A DNA stretch of 64,000 nucleotides from Macrostomum lignano (lineage: Eukaryota). The position numbers and the translations under genes are program-made. The notes beneath the pieces were generated by a model, which saw nothing but the letters and a program-made list of their open reading frames with translations, did no database searches and was not told where the DNA came from. Location: assembly GCA_002269645.1 (NCBI GenBank), contig NIVC01001574.1:186001-250000 (forward strand). The letters are read 5' to 3'. Below are positions 1-12,752 of this stretch, in pieces (positions within the stretch are counted from its first letter, which is position 1; every line of letters begins with the position of its first letter).

Positions 1-2030
<2,030 letters not shown>

Positions 2031-2467
2031 TTATCCCAGGATTGCTCCCAGGCGAGGCTCCGGCAGGCCCCCGGTCCACACTCTGCAAGATCAGGGGGCG
2101 GGAGGCCGGCTGCGGGCTTGGGACACAGGCGCCAGGTCGAGTTGACAGCCGACGCCCGAGCCCTCCCCCACAAGAGCGGCCCTCGAGAACCCGTGTGGTA
2201 CCAGTTGCAACTAAGGGCTGTCGATGGGTAGTTGGCGCTTAGCCAGCAGCCAACTACTTAGCAGCCACCTGCCCCGCAAAAAAGCAGCAGGGGGGATCCG
2301 TCCCCCACCAGCAGACCAAGACGAGGAAGCTAGCCGCTTCCACGCCAGGCCAGAACGAAAAGGAGGGGGAAGAGCCTCCTCGAAAAACGAAAAGCTGGCG
2401 GATGTCACAGAGTCCCTCGGTTTAAGTTGCCGTTTGCCCCCCCTATCTGCGAACTAAGTTCGATCAG

Positions 2468-2632
2468 TTACTTAAGGCAACAAGGTAGTAAATTTTTTAT
2501 AACAAACAAAATCAATATTATTACTATTATAGTTACTAATATCATTATTGACATTTGTTCAACTGTTATTAAACTCAAATTTTTATTAAGTTCATTAACT
2601 GGCACGTTGCCGATATATGAATATATGTTCAT
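2468..2632 (-). CDS. 54-aa predicted single-pass membrane micropeptide (virus-like)
   Basis: MNIYSYIGNVPVNELNKNLSLITVEQMSIMILVTIIVIILILFVIKNLLPCCLK*, with a hydrophobic stretch and terminal CC. Start context AAAAAATGAAC; below the 60-aa track cutoff. Confidence 0.4.
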   Translation of the reverse strand: MNIYSYIGNVPVNELNKNLSLITVEQMSIMILVTIIVIILILFVIKNLLPCCLK

Positions 2633-2703
2633 TTTTTAATTATATTTTTCACAATATATGTTGTTTCTGTTATAGAATAATAGTTCATTTTTTAGTTATT
2701 TTT

Positions 2704-3018
2704 TCACATAAAATATTCGCTTTGATTGTCTGAATCACTAGTTTCATAAGAACTATTTGTTGATTCGGAATCTGTTGATCTAACCTCCCAATCCTCGGAA
2801 TTTAAATAATCTCCAAGTTGAAATATTAACTCGCCCTCTTGTTCTAAATAATACAAACCATCCAACTCTAACGGATAAAGTTTTAGTTCTTGCTTATCGT
2901 CATATTTTAAATAAACTTCATCAATTATTCCATTCAATATGTGCTGTTTTATTATCTCTGCATTTTTAGCTACCGTCTCAAAAGTATCACTTACTGAAAA
3001 GTTGTAAACTCGGTTCAT
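2704..3018 (-). CDS. 104-aa acidic hypothetical protein in AT-rich virus-like segment
   Basis: Clean ATG-to-stop ORF in very AT-rich DNA; a diverged homologous fragment lies at 9752-9856. Confidence 0.55.
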   Translation of the reverse strand: MNRVYNFSVSDTFETVAKNAEIIKQHILNGIIDEVYLKYDDKQELKLYPLELDGLYYLEQEGELIFQLGDYLNSEDWEVRSTDSESTNSSYETSDSDNQSEYFM

Positions 3019-4149
3019 TTTTAGTAACAGAAAAAGACCCTTTCGCGCCTGCGGCGCGGGCGGCGGGTTAGAGAGTGTTTGTGTGTGTTTGTTGCTTTTT
3101 GAGTACGATACAAAATTGCCAGCAAACTAAAGCGAACGACGAGAGCGAATTCTTAGTATTCAAAGAGAATTGATCGTTAACAAGGTGAAACGAATTGTGT
3201 TTGAGCGGAATGAAGCGAGGATGAGCGGAGCGAGTTGAGCGGAGTGAAGACGAGCGATAATGGAGTGAAAAACGATTCGTTTCAACTTGATAAAGGGTTG
3301 AATTGATTGGATACTGAGAACGGTTTGCTGGCAATTTTGTATCGTATATACTACTATTGTTTATTGACTATGATTGCACCATGTGAATTCGATAATGTTT
3401 TAAAAAACGAGTATATAATCTCAGAATTTTTCCAATCGGTGATTGGTTTGTTAATGAACTACGAGCGTATTGGTGTAATTTTGCATTTTTTACCGATTGA
3501 ATCTGCATACGAGGTAAATATATTATTTAACAGAAACGAACTATTATAGGGATCAATAGCATATGCATGCAGAGAGCTAACTTAAGGGAGAACCCAAAAA
3601 TATAACCAAGCATCTCGCTTGTAAGTATGGATATTGTACCAGTATTGCAACAATAAAGACTTACGAAAAAGATTCCGAATATTCACTCCCAGTTGCTTAT
3701 GACACTCAGTTGCAGCCAGTAAACACTGTCAGCTCTAACTGCTGGCCTTTTCTATGGTTGAGCACTCCTAGATGGAGCAGGAGAATGAACACTCGTGGAT
3801 GGAGGATGACCACTCGTGGGTGGAGTATGACCACTCGTTGATGAAGTATGACCACCCTTGGGTGGACCATGACGTCAGCAGCGAGTCAGCAGTCAGCGGC
3901 GAGTCAGCAGCCAGCAACGAGTCGGTGACCGAGGCACACAAAGGTAAGTGCCTTTATTTATCTTTTTCAACTTACTTAAGAATTCGTATCAATGCGCTGT
4001 ATATTCATATTATACAGTCTAAATTTTAGTCCAAAGAATGGGAGAAGGGGAGATAAAAGACTTTATACCGGTAGGTTGTATGCTGGGTACAGACATATAG
4101 TTTAGTATCTTTGATATTTGAAACTATAGGCAGCAAAAGAACAAAAATA

Positions 4150-6112
4150 TCCTAAAACCACAAACCAGGTTCAACAGTCAGCTTCAGCAGAGTTGCCCAA
4201 GCCTATGATCAATCACTGGAAATACTAAAGCTCAGATCGAGTCACCCAGACGCGCTTCCGTCAGAATTTTTTGTCCAAGCTGGAGACAAAATTATTGAGG
4301 CAGTTCAGCAAAGAATTTCAATACAACATTACAAAGTTCCGCTAAAGGCAAATATTCGAATGGTCCGAATAAGAAATGGGGAGATGCTTGCAGATGGATA
4401 AGCTGTAAAATCCAGGCCCTAGACCTAGGTGGTGAAGCAGGCCGTTTAAACAACAGGTTGATTGAGCAGGAGCAGGAGTTGGAGAGGATCTGTAGTATGT
4501 TTAATACGAACGGCAGTGGCTGGACAATTAAACAAATTAATTTTCTAGACATCAACCTTGCCAGGTACAATCCAATTCGATTTCGCCAGGGCAGAGCCGT
4601 TAGATTCAATCTTCCTGCCAGTTTAAAGAACAAAAATGCTGTTATCAATCCACCGAGCACAGGCAATGACTGTTTCCTGTACGCCTGTCTCGCTGCACTG
4701 CACAGCGCCGATCCGAAAGTTCAGAAATCGCCCAACAGAATATCCTCTTACGATGAATGGTTGCGTGAGCTGGACTTTGCAGAAATCTCCATGCCAGTGA
4801 GTGTCGCTGATATCGATCGCGTCGAGTCTAACAATCCAGGAATTTGCATTTCTGCGTTCTCTTGGCAGCAGGGCAGTGTGACTCTTCTCCGTCGCCGCAA
4901 GCATGAGTCAGATGACCGAAGACACCTCATGCTTTTGCTGGTTAAAGACAGCTATGGATAGGGGCACGGGTGTGCAATTACCCATTTTGACAGGTTAATG
5001 AACAGCCGTAATGGTCCCGCCATGAGGAAGTGGTGCACGAAATGTTTAACATCATTTTATTGCAACGAGAGGCTTCAAGAGCACAGGAACGAATGCAGCA
5101 TTACTGCAGGAAATCCTGTCAAAGAAACGCTTCCAGTTCCAGGACAGAATGAAATAAAGTTCCGAAACTGTCAAAACACTGTCAGTCCACCATTCGTTGC
5201 CTATGCCGACCTGGAAGCCATTTTGCGAGCGAACACAGACCCTGCTAACCTGATCTCGAAGCATGAACCATGTGCGGCAGCTTTTCTTGCAGTGCCTCGT
5301 GAAGGCATGACAGGACCTCCGCTTAGGCCAGAAGGAGACATGTACAAGGTCTTTTGCAATGCGGACCCTGATGAGTGTATCCTTGGTTTTCTCAAATCTC
5401 TTGAAAGCCTGGCTCAGGATATATTTCACTGGAACCAGAATCATAGCCACCAGCCGGCTGACCGATCTTGAAAGCCTGGCTCAGGATATATTTCACTGGA
5501 ACCAGAATCATAGCCACCAGCCGGCTGACCGATCTTGAAAGCCTGGCTCAGGATATATTTCACTGGAACCAGAAGCATAGCCACCAGCCGGCTGACCGAT
5601 CATCCGCGACCGTCATGGATGATTTTAATTCTGCTGAGGTATGTCACCTCAGCAAGAGCAACTTCAAAAGTTCTACAGATAAACATTTTGACCACGATCA
5701 TTTAAATGGACAGTACAAAGGTGCAGCATGTCAAGAATGCAACCTGCAAGCACAGCTCCGACGCCCGTTTTTGCCCCTGGTTTTTCACAACTTAGGCGGC
5801 TACGACCTTCATTTTCTACTTTCCACTGCGCTTGGGAGCATGAAAAATTGGAAACTTAGTGTGGTTCCGCAATCATCCGAGCGATACTTGTCACTAAGGG
5901 CGGAATTCCCTGTTGCAAGTTACGTAACGGAAAAGTTGTGCCAATCATGTTTACAATTCAGTTCATCGACTCGCTCTGCTTTTTGAAAGGAAGTCTGTCC
6001 AATTTGTTTGCTAATCTTCCGGAAGCAGAATGCAAGCTGACAATGCAAATGATTGAGTCAACACCACATCTTTCAAGAGAGCTACTTCGGAAAAAAGGGA
6101 TTTTCCCATATG
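4150..6112 (+). pseudogene. Polinton/Maverick-type protein-primed DNA polymerase B gene, N-terminal part, disrupted
   Basis: Motifs in successive frames: FNTNGSGW...YNPI; NDCFLYACLAALH; KWCTKCL...H...C; FVAYADLEAIL; DHDHLNGQYKGAACQECN (endonuclease VII-like); VFHNLGGYDLHF; FIDSL; KGIFPY. In-frame TAG at 4959-4961, a 67-bp triplication and a further frameshift near 5930; truncated by a LINE before the polymerase palm. Confidence 0.85.
5400..5601 (+). repeat. 67-bp tandem triplication inside the polB remnant
   Basis: CTTGAAAGCCTGGCTCAGG... starts at 5400, 5467 and 5534. Confidence 0.95.
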
Positions 6113-8535
6113 ACTTAACTTACTTGACTTAGCTGCAGGGGGCATCCGGCGGATGCAGCGAGGAGGCGGAGGAGACCACCCATTCTGCTAGCCCCTGGCG
6201 ACCAATGACTTCCGTTGAAGTGATGTCGCTCAGGGGGACCCGTCGGTCTCGCCTGCAGCGTGGTCCTCTTCACCGGCGGTGGGGACGAAATTGAGGAAGA
6301 AATCTGAGGTCTCTGCGGTTGAGCCTAACGAGGGCGCAGGAGGGGAGAGGGGCAGGGGACGGCCGCACGGGATTGCCTACAATTCCGGGTGTCGTGCCAC
6401 CTGCGGAAATGCTCGGCGTCAGTCCAGCGCTTAACGCGGGAATTGATCACCGAGGCGGGGATGCGGGCTCCGACGCCCGGCCCCAGCAGCGCGCTGGCGG
6501 AGCCAGCCTTAGCCAGCATGTCGGCGCGCTCTTTGCCGAGGAAGCCGGCGTGGCCCGGGATCCATCTGAGCTCTACCTGGTTGCCTAGCGCAAGCCCGTT
6601 GAGCTGGGTGTTGCAGTCCAGGACGGACCTGGAGCTAGCGGTGCTGCGGCAGAGGGCCCGAAGGGCTGCTTGGTTGTCAGAGTGAAAAATAAATTTCCGA
6701 CCGCTAAGCTGCCTTCGGCGCAGCTCTGCCGCGCAGGAGCTGATGGCAAGCACCTCGCTCTGAAAAACACTGGAGTTGAGCCCAGTGTGCTGGAAGTAGC
6801 TCCACACCACTTCTCCCTTGAAGAAGACGCAAGCTCCGAAGCCTGAACGACCATGCCTCAGAGAGCCGTCAGTGTAACAGTGGACTTCAGAATCGCTCCA
6901 GCTGTCACTCGCCTCGTGTCGAGGCTGAATGGTAACCTTATACCTTTGGCTCAGGAGAAGGGTGGCTGGGATCGAGTCCGTGAGGATGTTGAGCACGCCA
7001 CATTCCTCGAGAGCCTTGAGGCAGAGGTCAGAGTGCGGGATAAGCGACCGCTTCTTAAAGGCCCGCACTTTCTTGAAGGCCACCCCAGCATCCAGAAGAC
7101 GCCGGGTGCTCTTCGCCGCCTCTCCTTTGATATAAATATCCAAAGGAGGGGCACAGAGGAAGGCATTCATGCCTTCAAAAGGAGTAGAGGGTGGAGCGCC
7201 CATAGTCATGCGGCAGGCTCTGCCCTGGATTTTGTAGAGAGCGTCGAGGTTGCTCTTAACGCTCAGGCCGCTAGCCCACACGAGGCTGGCGTAACTGATC
7301 GAGGGGCGGATGATGGCAGTGTAAATCCACCACAGCTTCCTGGGGGTGAGCCCCCAGGTGGTGCCCACGGCGCGCCTGATCTGAGCCAGGACAGCCAGGG
7401 CTTTTTTGGCTTTAGTTTGAATGTGCGGAGTCCAGTTAAGCCTGTGGTCCACTCTCTATAGGCCTCTCTATCAGATGGGTCTTTGGTTTTGAACGCTCGT
7501 CTTTGGAGGGTCCTGGCTCGACGCCGAAGGGCCCCGAGCTCTGGGTTCCGCCAGGGAGCAGATTTCTTGCCTTTGTAGGTTTTTAGAGGGCAGGCTGCTT
7601 CAAAGGCAGTGGTAATCGCCCCGCCCAGGGAGGAGGCGAGATCATCTACCACCTGGCAGTCAGAGAGGTCACTGGAGGGGGGTCAAGATCCCGAAGGCCG
7701 CGGTTCAGCTTCGAGCCAAAGGCGGCCCTAATCGGTATTCCTGACGTTCCGACTCCAAGTGACCACCTTAGGCTTTTGCTTGGTCGGCCCAATGCGGTGG
7801 TCCGAGAGCGAGTCCTCGTCCCACACTCGCCAGCCCGTGACTGCGGAAATCAGTCCGGTTGAGGCGATGGTGGTGTCGATGACTTCGACCCACCGCCCAT
7901 TATTGAACGTTGGTGCATTGCCCACGTTACAGAAATTGAGGTTAGTGCTGCTGACATAGGCCAGCAGCTCCTCGCCTCTGTTATTGGTGTTCTTGCTGCC
8001 CCAATGCAGGCGTTCACATCCCCTGCAATGAGCAGCTCGAACCGACGGGACGCGGCGTAGTCAATGAGGTTGACTAGTGTGTAGCAGACTACTGGGGCAT
8101 CGCCTGGGAAATAGGCAGACGCTACCAGCACAGGTTTATTTGGAATGAGGTTATTGATTTGAACAACACAGATGTCCCCAGTCGAGAGATCAGGTCTCAT
8201 CCATGCCTCAAAAGCTTTTGCAGCAAAGACCAGAGATCTTGGGCGAGGCTGAGAGCCCACCATGCAAAAACAGTGGTAGCCAGATGGCACATTATTTGGC
8301 TTACCTTTAGTCATCCAGGGCTCCTGCACGAAGACCAGGCCCGGAAGCTGTTGCTCTGTCGTGCGCATCAGGTTGACCGACGCCGCCACGCAGTGCTGGG
8401 TGTTGATCTGCAGACACCAGGTAGCCGCTGGCATCAGTGCGGATCGGGTGTTGCAGTCGCCAGGAGTTCCTCCTCCTCCTCGGCGCTCACCAGCTTCGGG
8501 TCGGGGTCGCCGGTGTCCATGGGCTCTTCTTCAGC
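6113..8535 (-). mobile_element. LOA-like LINE with RNase H; 5'-truncated and RT core deleted
   Basis: End of ORF1 (...EEEELLATATPDPH*), APE (CLQINTQHC, VQEPW, AGDVNA, IDTTI, LSDHR; frameshifted), then post-RT region (DHRLNWTPHI...LWWIYTAIIRPSISYASLVW) and RNase H (YTDGS, SVFQSEVLAI, SDNQAAL, WIPGHAG). No RT catalytic (YADD) region. Confidence 0.9.
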
Positions 8536-8590
8536 AAAAGGCCTATCAGTATTCCAGTATCATAACAGTATTCCTCGAGTGCAAAATCAA

Positions 8591-9170
8591 TGTCAGCGAT
8601 GCGCCCTAATAACAAAATCAACTTCTACAGTATAATAACGCGAGGTCCTCCAAAAGGGCGTCTTCTTCTAGAAGTAACGGAATCGGAGTTGTGTGCTCCT
8701 ATCGGTTAATCTAGGATAACCAAAATCAATCAAATCGATAATCCTCTAAGCGTATCGGAATCGGTCCACAGATCCTATCCAATCCCTTAGGAAAAGGGAG
8801 GCCTCAAATTCAATAGTCTCAGTGAAATCAACTGAACAGTAACGGCCGGCAATAAATCACTCTCCAAAAATCAATTCAATAACAAAGGCTCGAACAAGAG
8901 CTTACCGAACGGTATGTGTTTCCTCAGAGATGTAGCCTCGCTTAGCTGTTCCAGCAAGCTCCAAAATCCTTAGAGGCTGCTCCGAGTCTAAGATTTTTAG
9001 CTCGGATTTTGGCTTGTACTTGTATTTATAGTAAAATTTTGGGGTAAACAGGTTATTTTGGGAAGGTGACTCATTTGCGTTTTGGAATTTTGACCTCTCG
9101 AAAATTGAATAGAATAAAATAGGTTTTTCGCATCAATACCATATTTAGAATTCTATTTTTAGATGTTACA
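8591..9170. mobile_element. Possible solo LTR
   Basis: TGTCAG...TGTTACA termini, TATAAATA on the minus strand (~9024-9031), AATAAA near 9113. No matching target-site duplication found. Confidence 0.25.
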
Positions 9171-9514
9171 TAAGATGATCACTCGTTGTTTTCGTGGTCT
9201 TCTAAAAATAGAGTATGACAACTCGGAATTTTTGGATTCGCATTTTCGCATTTCTACGTTACTACTTATAGTAGTTTACTTTGTATCGTATTTGGAGATC
9301 TCTACACCTGCATCTGCTGCGGATCTGCAAGCGAGCGCTGTGGCTTCAGATCTACCAGAAGCCACCGATGCCTCTGTCGGTGCTGCAAAAGCTTCGGTCT
9401 CTGGCTGACAAGGGCGACAATCGGCATGCTGGGCGGCCACCATCGCTGCCTGATGCGGAATGCTGCGAAAATCGCCACTCCTCCGGTATTCCTGAAAGTA
9501 TTTAATGGAGCTTA

Positions 9515-9900
9515 TTTGAGTAGTAGGCAAGGGGGCTTCTGGTGCAAAAGTGGCAAAAAAAATTTTGCCAGAAAAAACCACCCCCGCGGCTGGAACAGAA
9601 AAAAACACATACACAGCTCACCGCATATGTCGCTGCTAAGCTCTTGAAGGGTAAAGTCTGAGCGGTAAATTTTCTGCCATTTCAGGTAATTTCTTAATTC
9701 TTTAGGTGGAGCCGTTCCATAGCCATCAAAGTAGCAGTATGAATCACTAAATTATTCGTAGCTATCATTACAGTTTAAATACTTGCCTAGTTGTATAAGT
9801 TCTCTGTATTCTTTTAATTCTACCAACTCATCAAATTTGAGAAAAACTTCATCCATGACACCACCCTAATAGTACTGTGCTGTAGATTTACAGCAGCTAC
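9515..9900 (-). pseudogene. Polinton/adenain-like cysteine protease fragment
   Basis: Open frame ~9750-9515 reads FSDSYCYFDGYGTAPPKELRNYLKWQKIYRSDFTLQELSSDICGELCMCFF, matching the YFDSxG.PP ... Q...S..CGxxCxxF pattern. A degenerate VNL..S...(H)W segment lies ~100 nt further upstream. Confidence 0.65.
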
Positions 9901-10019
9901 TACTTTTACAGTAGTATCAGTATACTTTTACACTACTGATCGACTCATTTAGAATCAATGATAATATTCTGGCGGCATTATTGGAAATACCTACAGAATA
10001 TAGCTCGTATTCTGTGAGT

Positions 10020-10125
10020 TGCAATAGTCTGATCCAGTCGCACCGAAATACCAATAAAGTACTGATTGCAGCTAGTGCTCAAATTTAAATGGAAAGCACT
10101 GGGTCGGTGAGCTGCGGGGGTGAGC
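10020..10125 (-). repeat. Diverged copy (C) of a dispersed repeat also at 14088-14278 and 17165-17357
   Basis: Reverse complement CCCGCAGCTCACCGACCCAGTGCTTTCCATTTAAATTTGA...GACTGGATCAGA aligns by eye to the plus-strand copies. Confidence 0.75.
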
Positions 10126-11162
10126 TGGGGTGAATGCTGTGTTGGTGAACTAGGGTGGCTGCTGGGTGGGTGAACTGAGGTGGGTGCTGTGTGGGTGAAC
10201 TAAGATGGGTGCTGGGTGGGTGAACTGAGGTGGGTGCTGTGTGGGTGAACTGAGATGGGTGCTGGGTGGGTGAACTGAGGTGGGTGCTGGGTGGGTGAAC
10301 TGAGGTGGTTGCTGGGTGGGTGAACTGAGGTGGTTGCTGGGTGGGTGAACTGAGGTGGGTGCTGAGTGGGTGAACTGAGGTGGGTGCTGGGTGGGTGAAC
10401 TGAGGTGGGTGCTGGGTGGGTGAACTGAGGTGGGTGCTGGGTGGGTGAACTGAGGTGGTTGCTGGGTGGGTGAACTGAGGTGGTTGCTGGGTGGGTGAAC
10501 TGAGGTGGGTGCTGAGTGGGTGAACTGAGGTGGGTGCTGGGTGGGTGAACTGAGGTGGGTGCTGGGTGGGTGAACTGAGGTGGGTGCTGGGTGGGTGAAC
10601 TGAGGTGGTTGCTGGGTGGGTGAACTGAGGTGGTTGCTGGGTGGGTGAACTGAGGTGGGTGCTGGGTGGGTGAACTGAGGTGGGTGCTGAGTGGGTGAAC
10701 TGAGGTGGGTGCTGGGTGGGTGAACTGAGGTGGGTGCTGGGTGGGTGAACTGAGGTGGGTGCTGGGTGGGTGAACTGAGGTGGTTGCTGGGTGGGTGAAC
10801 TGAGGTGGGTGCTGGGTGGGTGAACTGAGGTGGGTGCTGGGTGGGTGAACTGAGGTGGTTGCTGGGTGGTTGAACTGAGGTGGGTGCTGGGTGGGTGAAC
10901 TGAGGTGGGTGCTGGGTGGGTGAACTGAGGTGGGTGCTGGGTGGGTGAACTGAGGTGGGTGCTGGGTGGGTGAACTGAGGTGGGTGCTGGGTGGGTGAAC
11001 TGAGGTGGGTGCTGAGTGGTTAACTGAGGTGGGTGCTGAGTAGGTGAACTGAGGTGGGTGCTGAGTAAGGTGAACTGAGGTGGGTGCTGGGTGGTTGAAC
11101 TGAGGTGGGTGCTGAGTAAGGTGAACTGAGGTGGGTGCTGGGTGGTTGAACTGAGGTGGTTG
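10120..11162. repeat. Minisatellite, 25-bp unit (GCTGGGTGGGTGAACTGAGGTGGGT), ~41 copies
   Basis: Direct inspection; 25-aa periodicity in the spurious ORFs. Confidence 0.97.
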
Positions 11163-11959
11163 CACATGGAGGGAAATCAAATGCAAAAGGCGTAAAGGCG
11201 GTGGCTGATTGCAGAGTAATTATTTTTATGGTTTTTACATTTCTGAAAGTCAGAATGTTTTACAAACAGATTGCACAGGAACTCAACTTACTATATGTTC
11301 CCAATCACTGCAGCGATTCCCCGAAAACGAAGCTTTTAAAAATTGCGTCAACCAGCAGTCTTCTTGACGTTTGATTCAGTAGTGACGATCCTCAGTGGGA
11401 AAGAGGGATGCTCGTCCGGTGGCTTGGAGGAACTTGAGAAGCCCTGGGATATTCTCGAGATGGCAGACTTTTGCTGAGTGACGAGTTGGGCCAGAAGGGC
11501 AGGTATAGTCTTCATCAAAGGTGCGCAAGGGAACCGGATGCATCGAGACCAGTGCGTCGGTATCGCTCATAAAATCGGAAAACTTTCATTCAGAGTCCCG
11601 TAGTTCGTTCGACATCAGCTTGCACACCTACTCGAGAGCCGGTCCCCCTGTCTGGCAAAATCAACGCCCGTCTGCAAGCGGCAGGGCGCTGCCAAGGAGC
11701 TTCTTCCGCTTGTGATCAGCGGCTGCGGATCCAACCTGATCTGCCGGAACTGGCGCAGCATCAACCAGGTGAGGAGCAACAGCGAGCAACCCCCAAGATC
11801 TGCCATCGGCAGGACCAGTACGCCGAGACAAGTACAGCGCAAAGGCAAGTACAGCGGACCGCATGTGCATCTGTATTTGCGGGCCAATGCCAGGCAACGT
11901 TAATTGTGTTGGTACTCAATGCCACGCTGAAAGCTCAGCTCAACCATGAGATCGCACAT

Positions 11960-12752
11960 GGTAGTGCTCAAGCAGAGTTGTGCTCAAGCAGGTTTATGCT
12001 CAAGCAGGGTTGTGCTCAAGCAGGGTTATGCTCAAGCAGGGTTGGGCTCAAGCAGGGTTGTGCTCAAGCAGGGTTGTGCTCAAGCAGGGTTGTGCTCAAG
12101 CAGTGCTATGCTCAAGCAGAGTTGTGCTCAAGCAGGGTAGTGCTCAAGCAGGGTTGTGCTCAAGCAGGGTAGTGCTCAAGCAGGGTTGTGCTCAAGCAGG
12201 GTAGTGCTCAAGCAGGGTTGTGCTCAAGCAGGGTAGTGCTCAAGCAGGGTTGTGCTCAAGCAGGGTTGTGCTCAAGCAGGGTTATGCTCAAGCAGGGTTG
12301 TGCTCAAGCAGGGTTGTGCTCAAGCAGGGTTATGCTCAAGCAGGGTTGTGCTCAAGCAGGGTTGTGCTCAAGCAGGGTTGTGCTCAAGCAGTGCTATGCT
12401 CAAGCAGAGTTGTGCTCAAGCAGGGTTGTGCTCAAGCAGGGTTGTGCTCAATCAGGGTTATGCTCAAGCAGTGCTATGCTCAAGTAGGGTTATGCTCAAG
12501 CAGGGTTGTGCTCAAGCAGGGTTGTGCTCAAGCAGGGTTATGCTCAAGTAGGGTTATGCTCAAGCAGGGTTGTGCTCAAGCAGGGTAGTGCTCAAGCAGG
12601 GTTGTGCTCAATCAGGGTTATGCTCAAGCAGTGCTATGCTCAAGTAGGGTTATGCTCAAGCAGGGTTGTGCTCAAGCAGGGTTGTGCTCAAGCAGGGTTA
12701 TGCTCAAGCAGGGTTGTGCTCAAGCAGGGTTGTGCTCAAGCAGGGTTGTGCT
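11960..12752. repeat. Minisatellite, 16-bp unit (GTGCTCAAGCAGGGTT), ~49 copies
   Basis: Direct inspection. Confidence 0.97.

Noticed and set aside
3307-3549. 80-aa ORF in the AT-rich segment
   Set aside because: Starts at TTG (first ATG gives ~59 aa) and has no recognisable motif; may belong to the viral relic but is unsupported.
11376-11903. GC-richer, coding-looking segment (LVISGCGSNLI, weakly protease- or Walker-like)
   Set aside because: Stops in all frames and no motif series I can support; needs a translated homology search.
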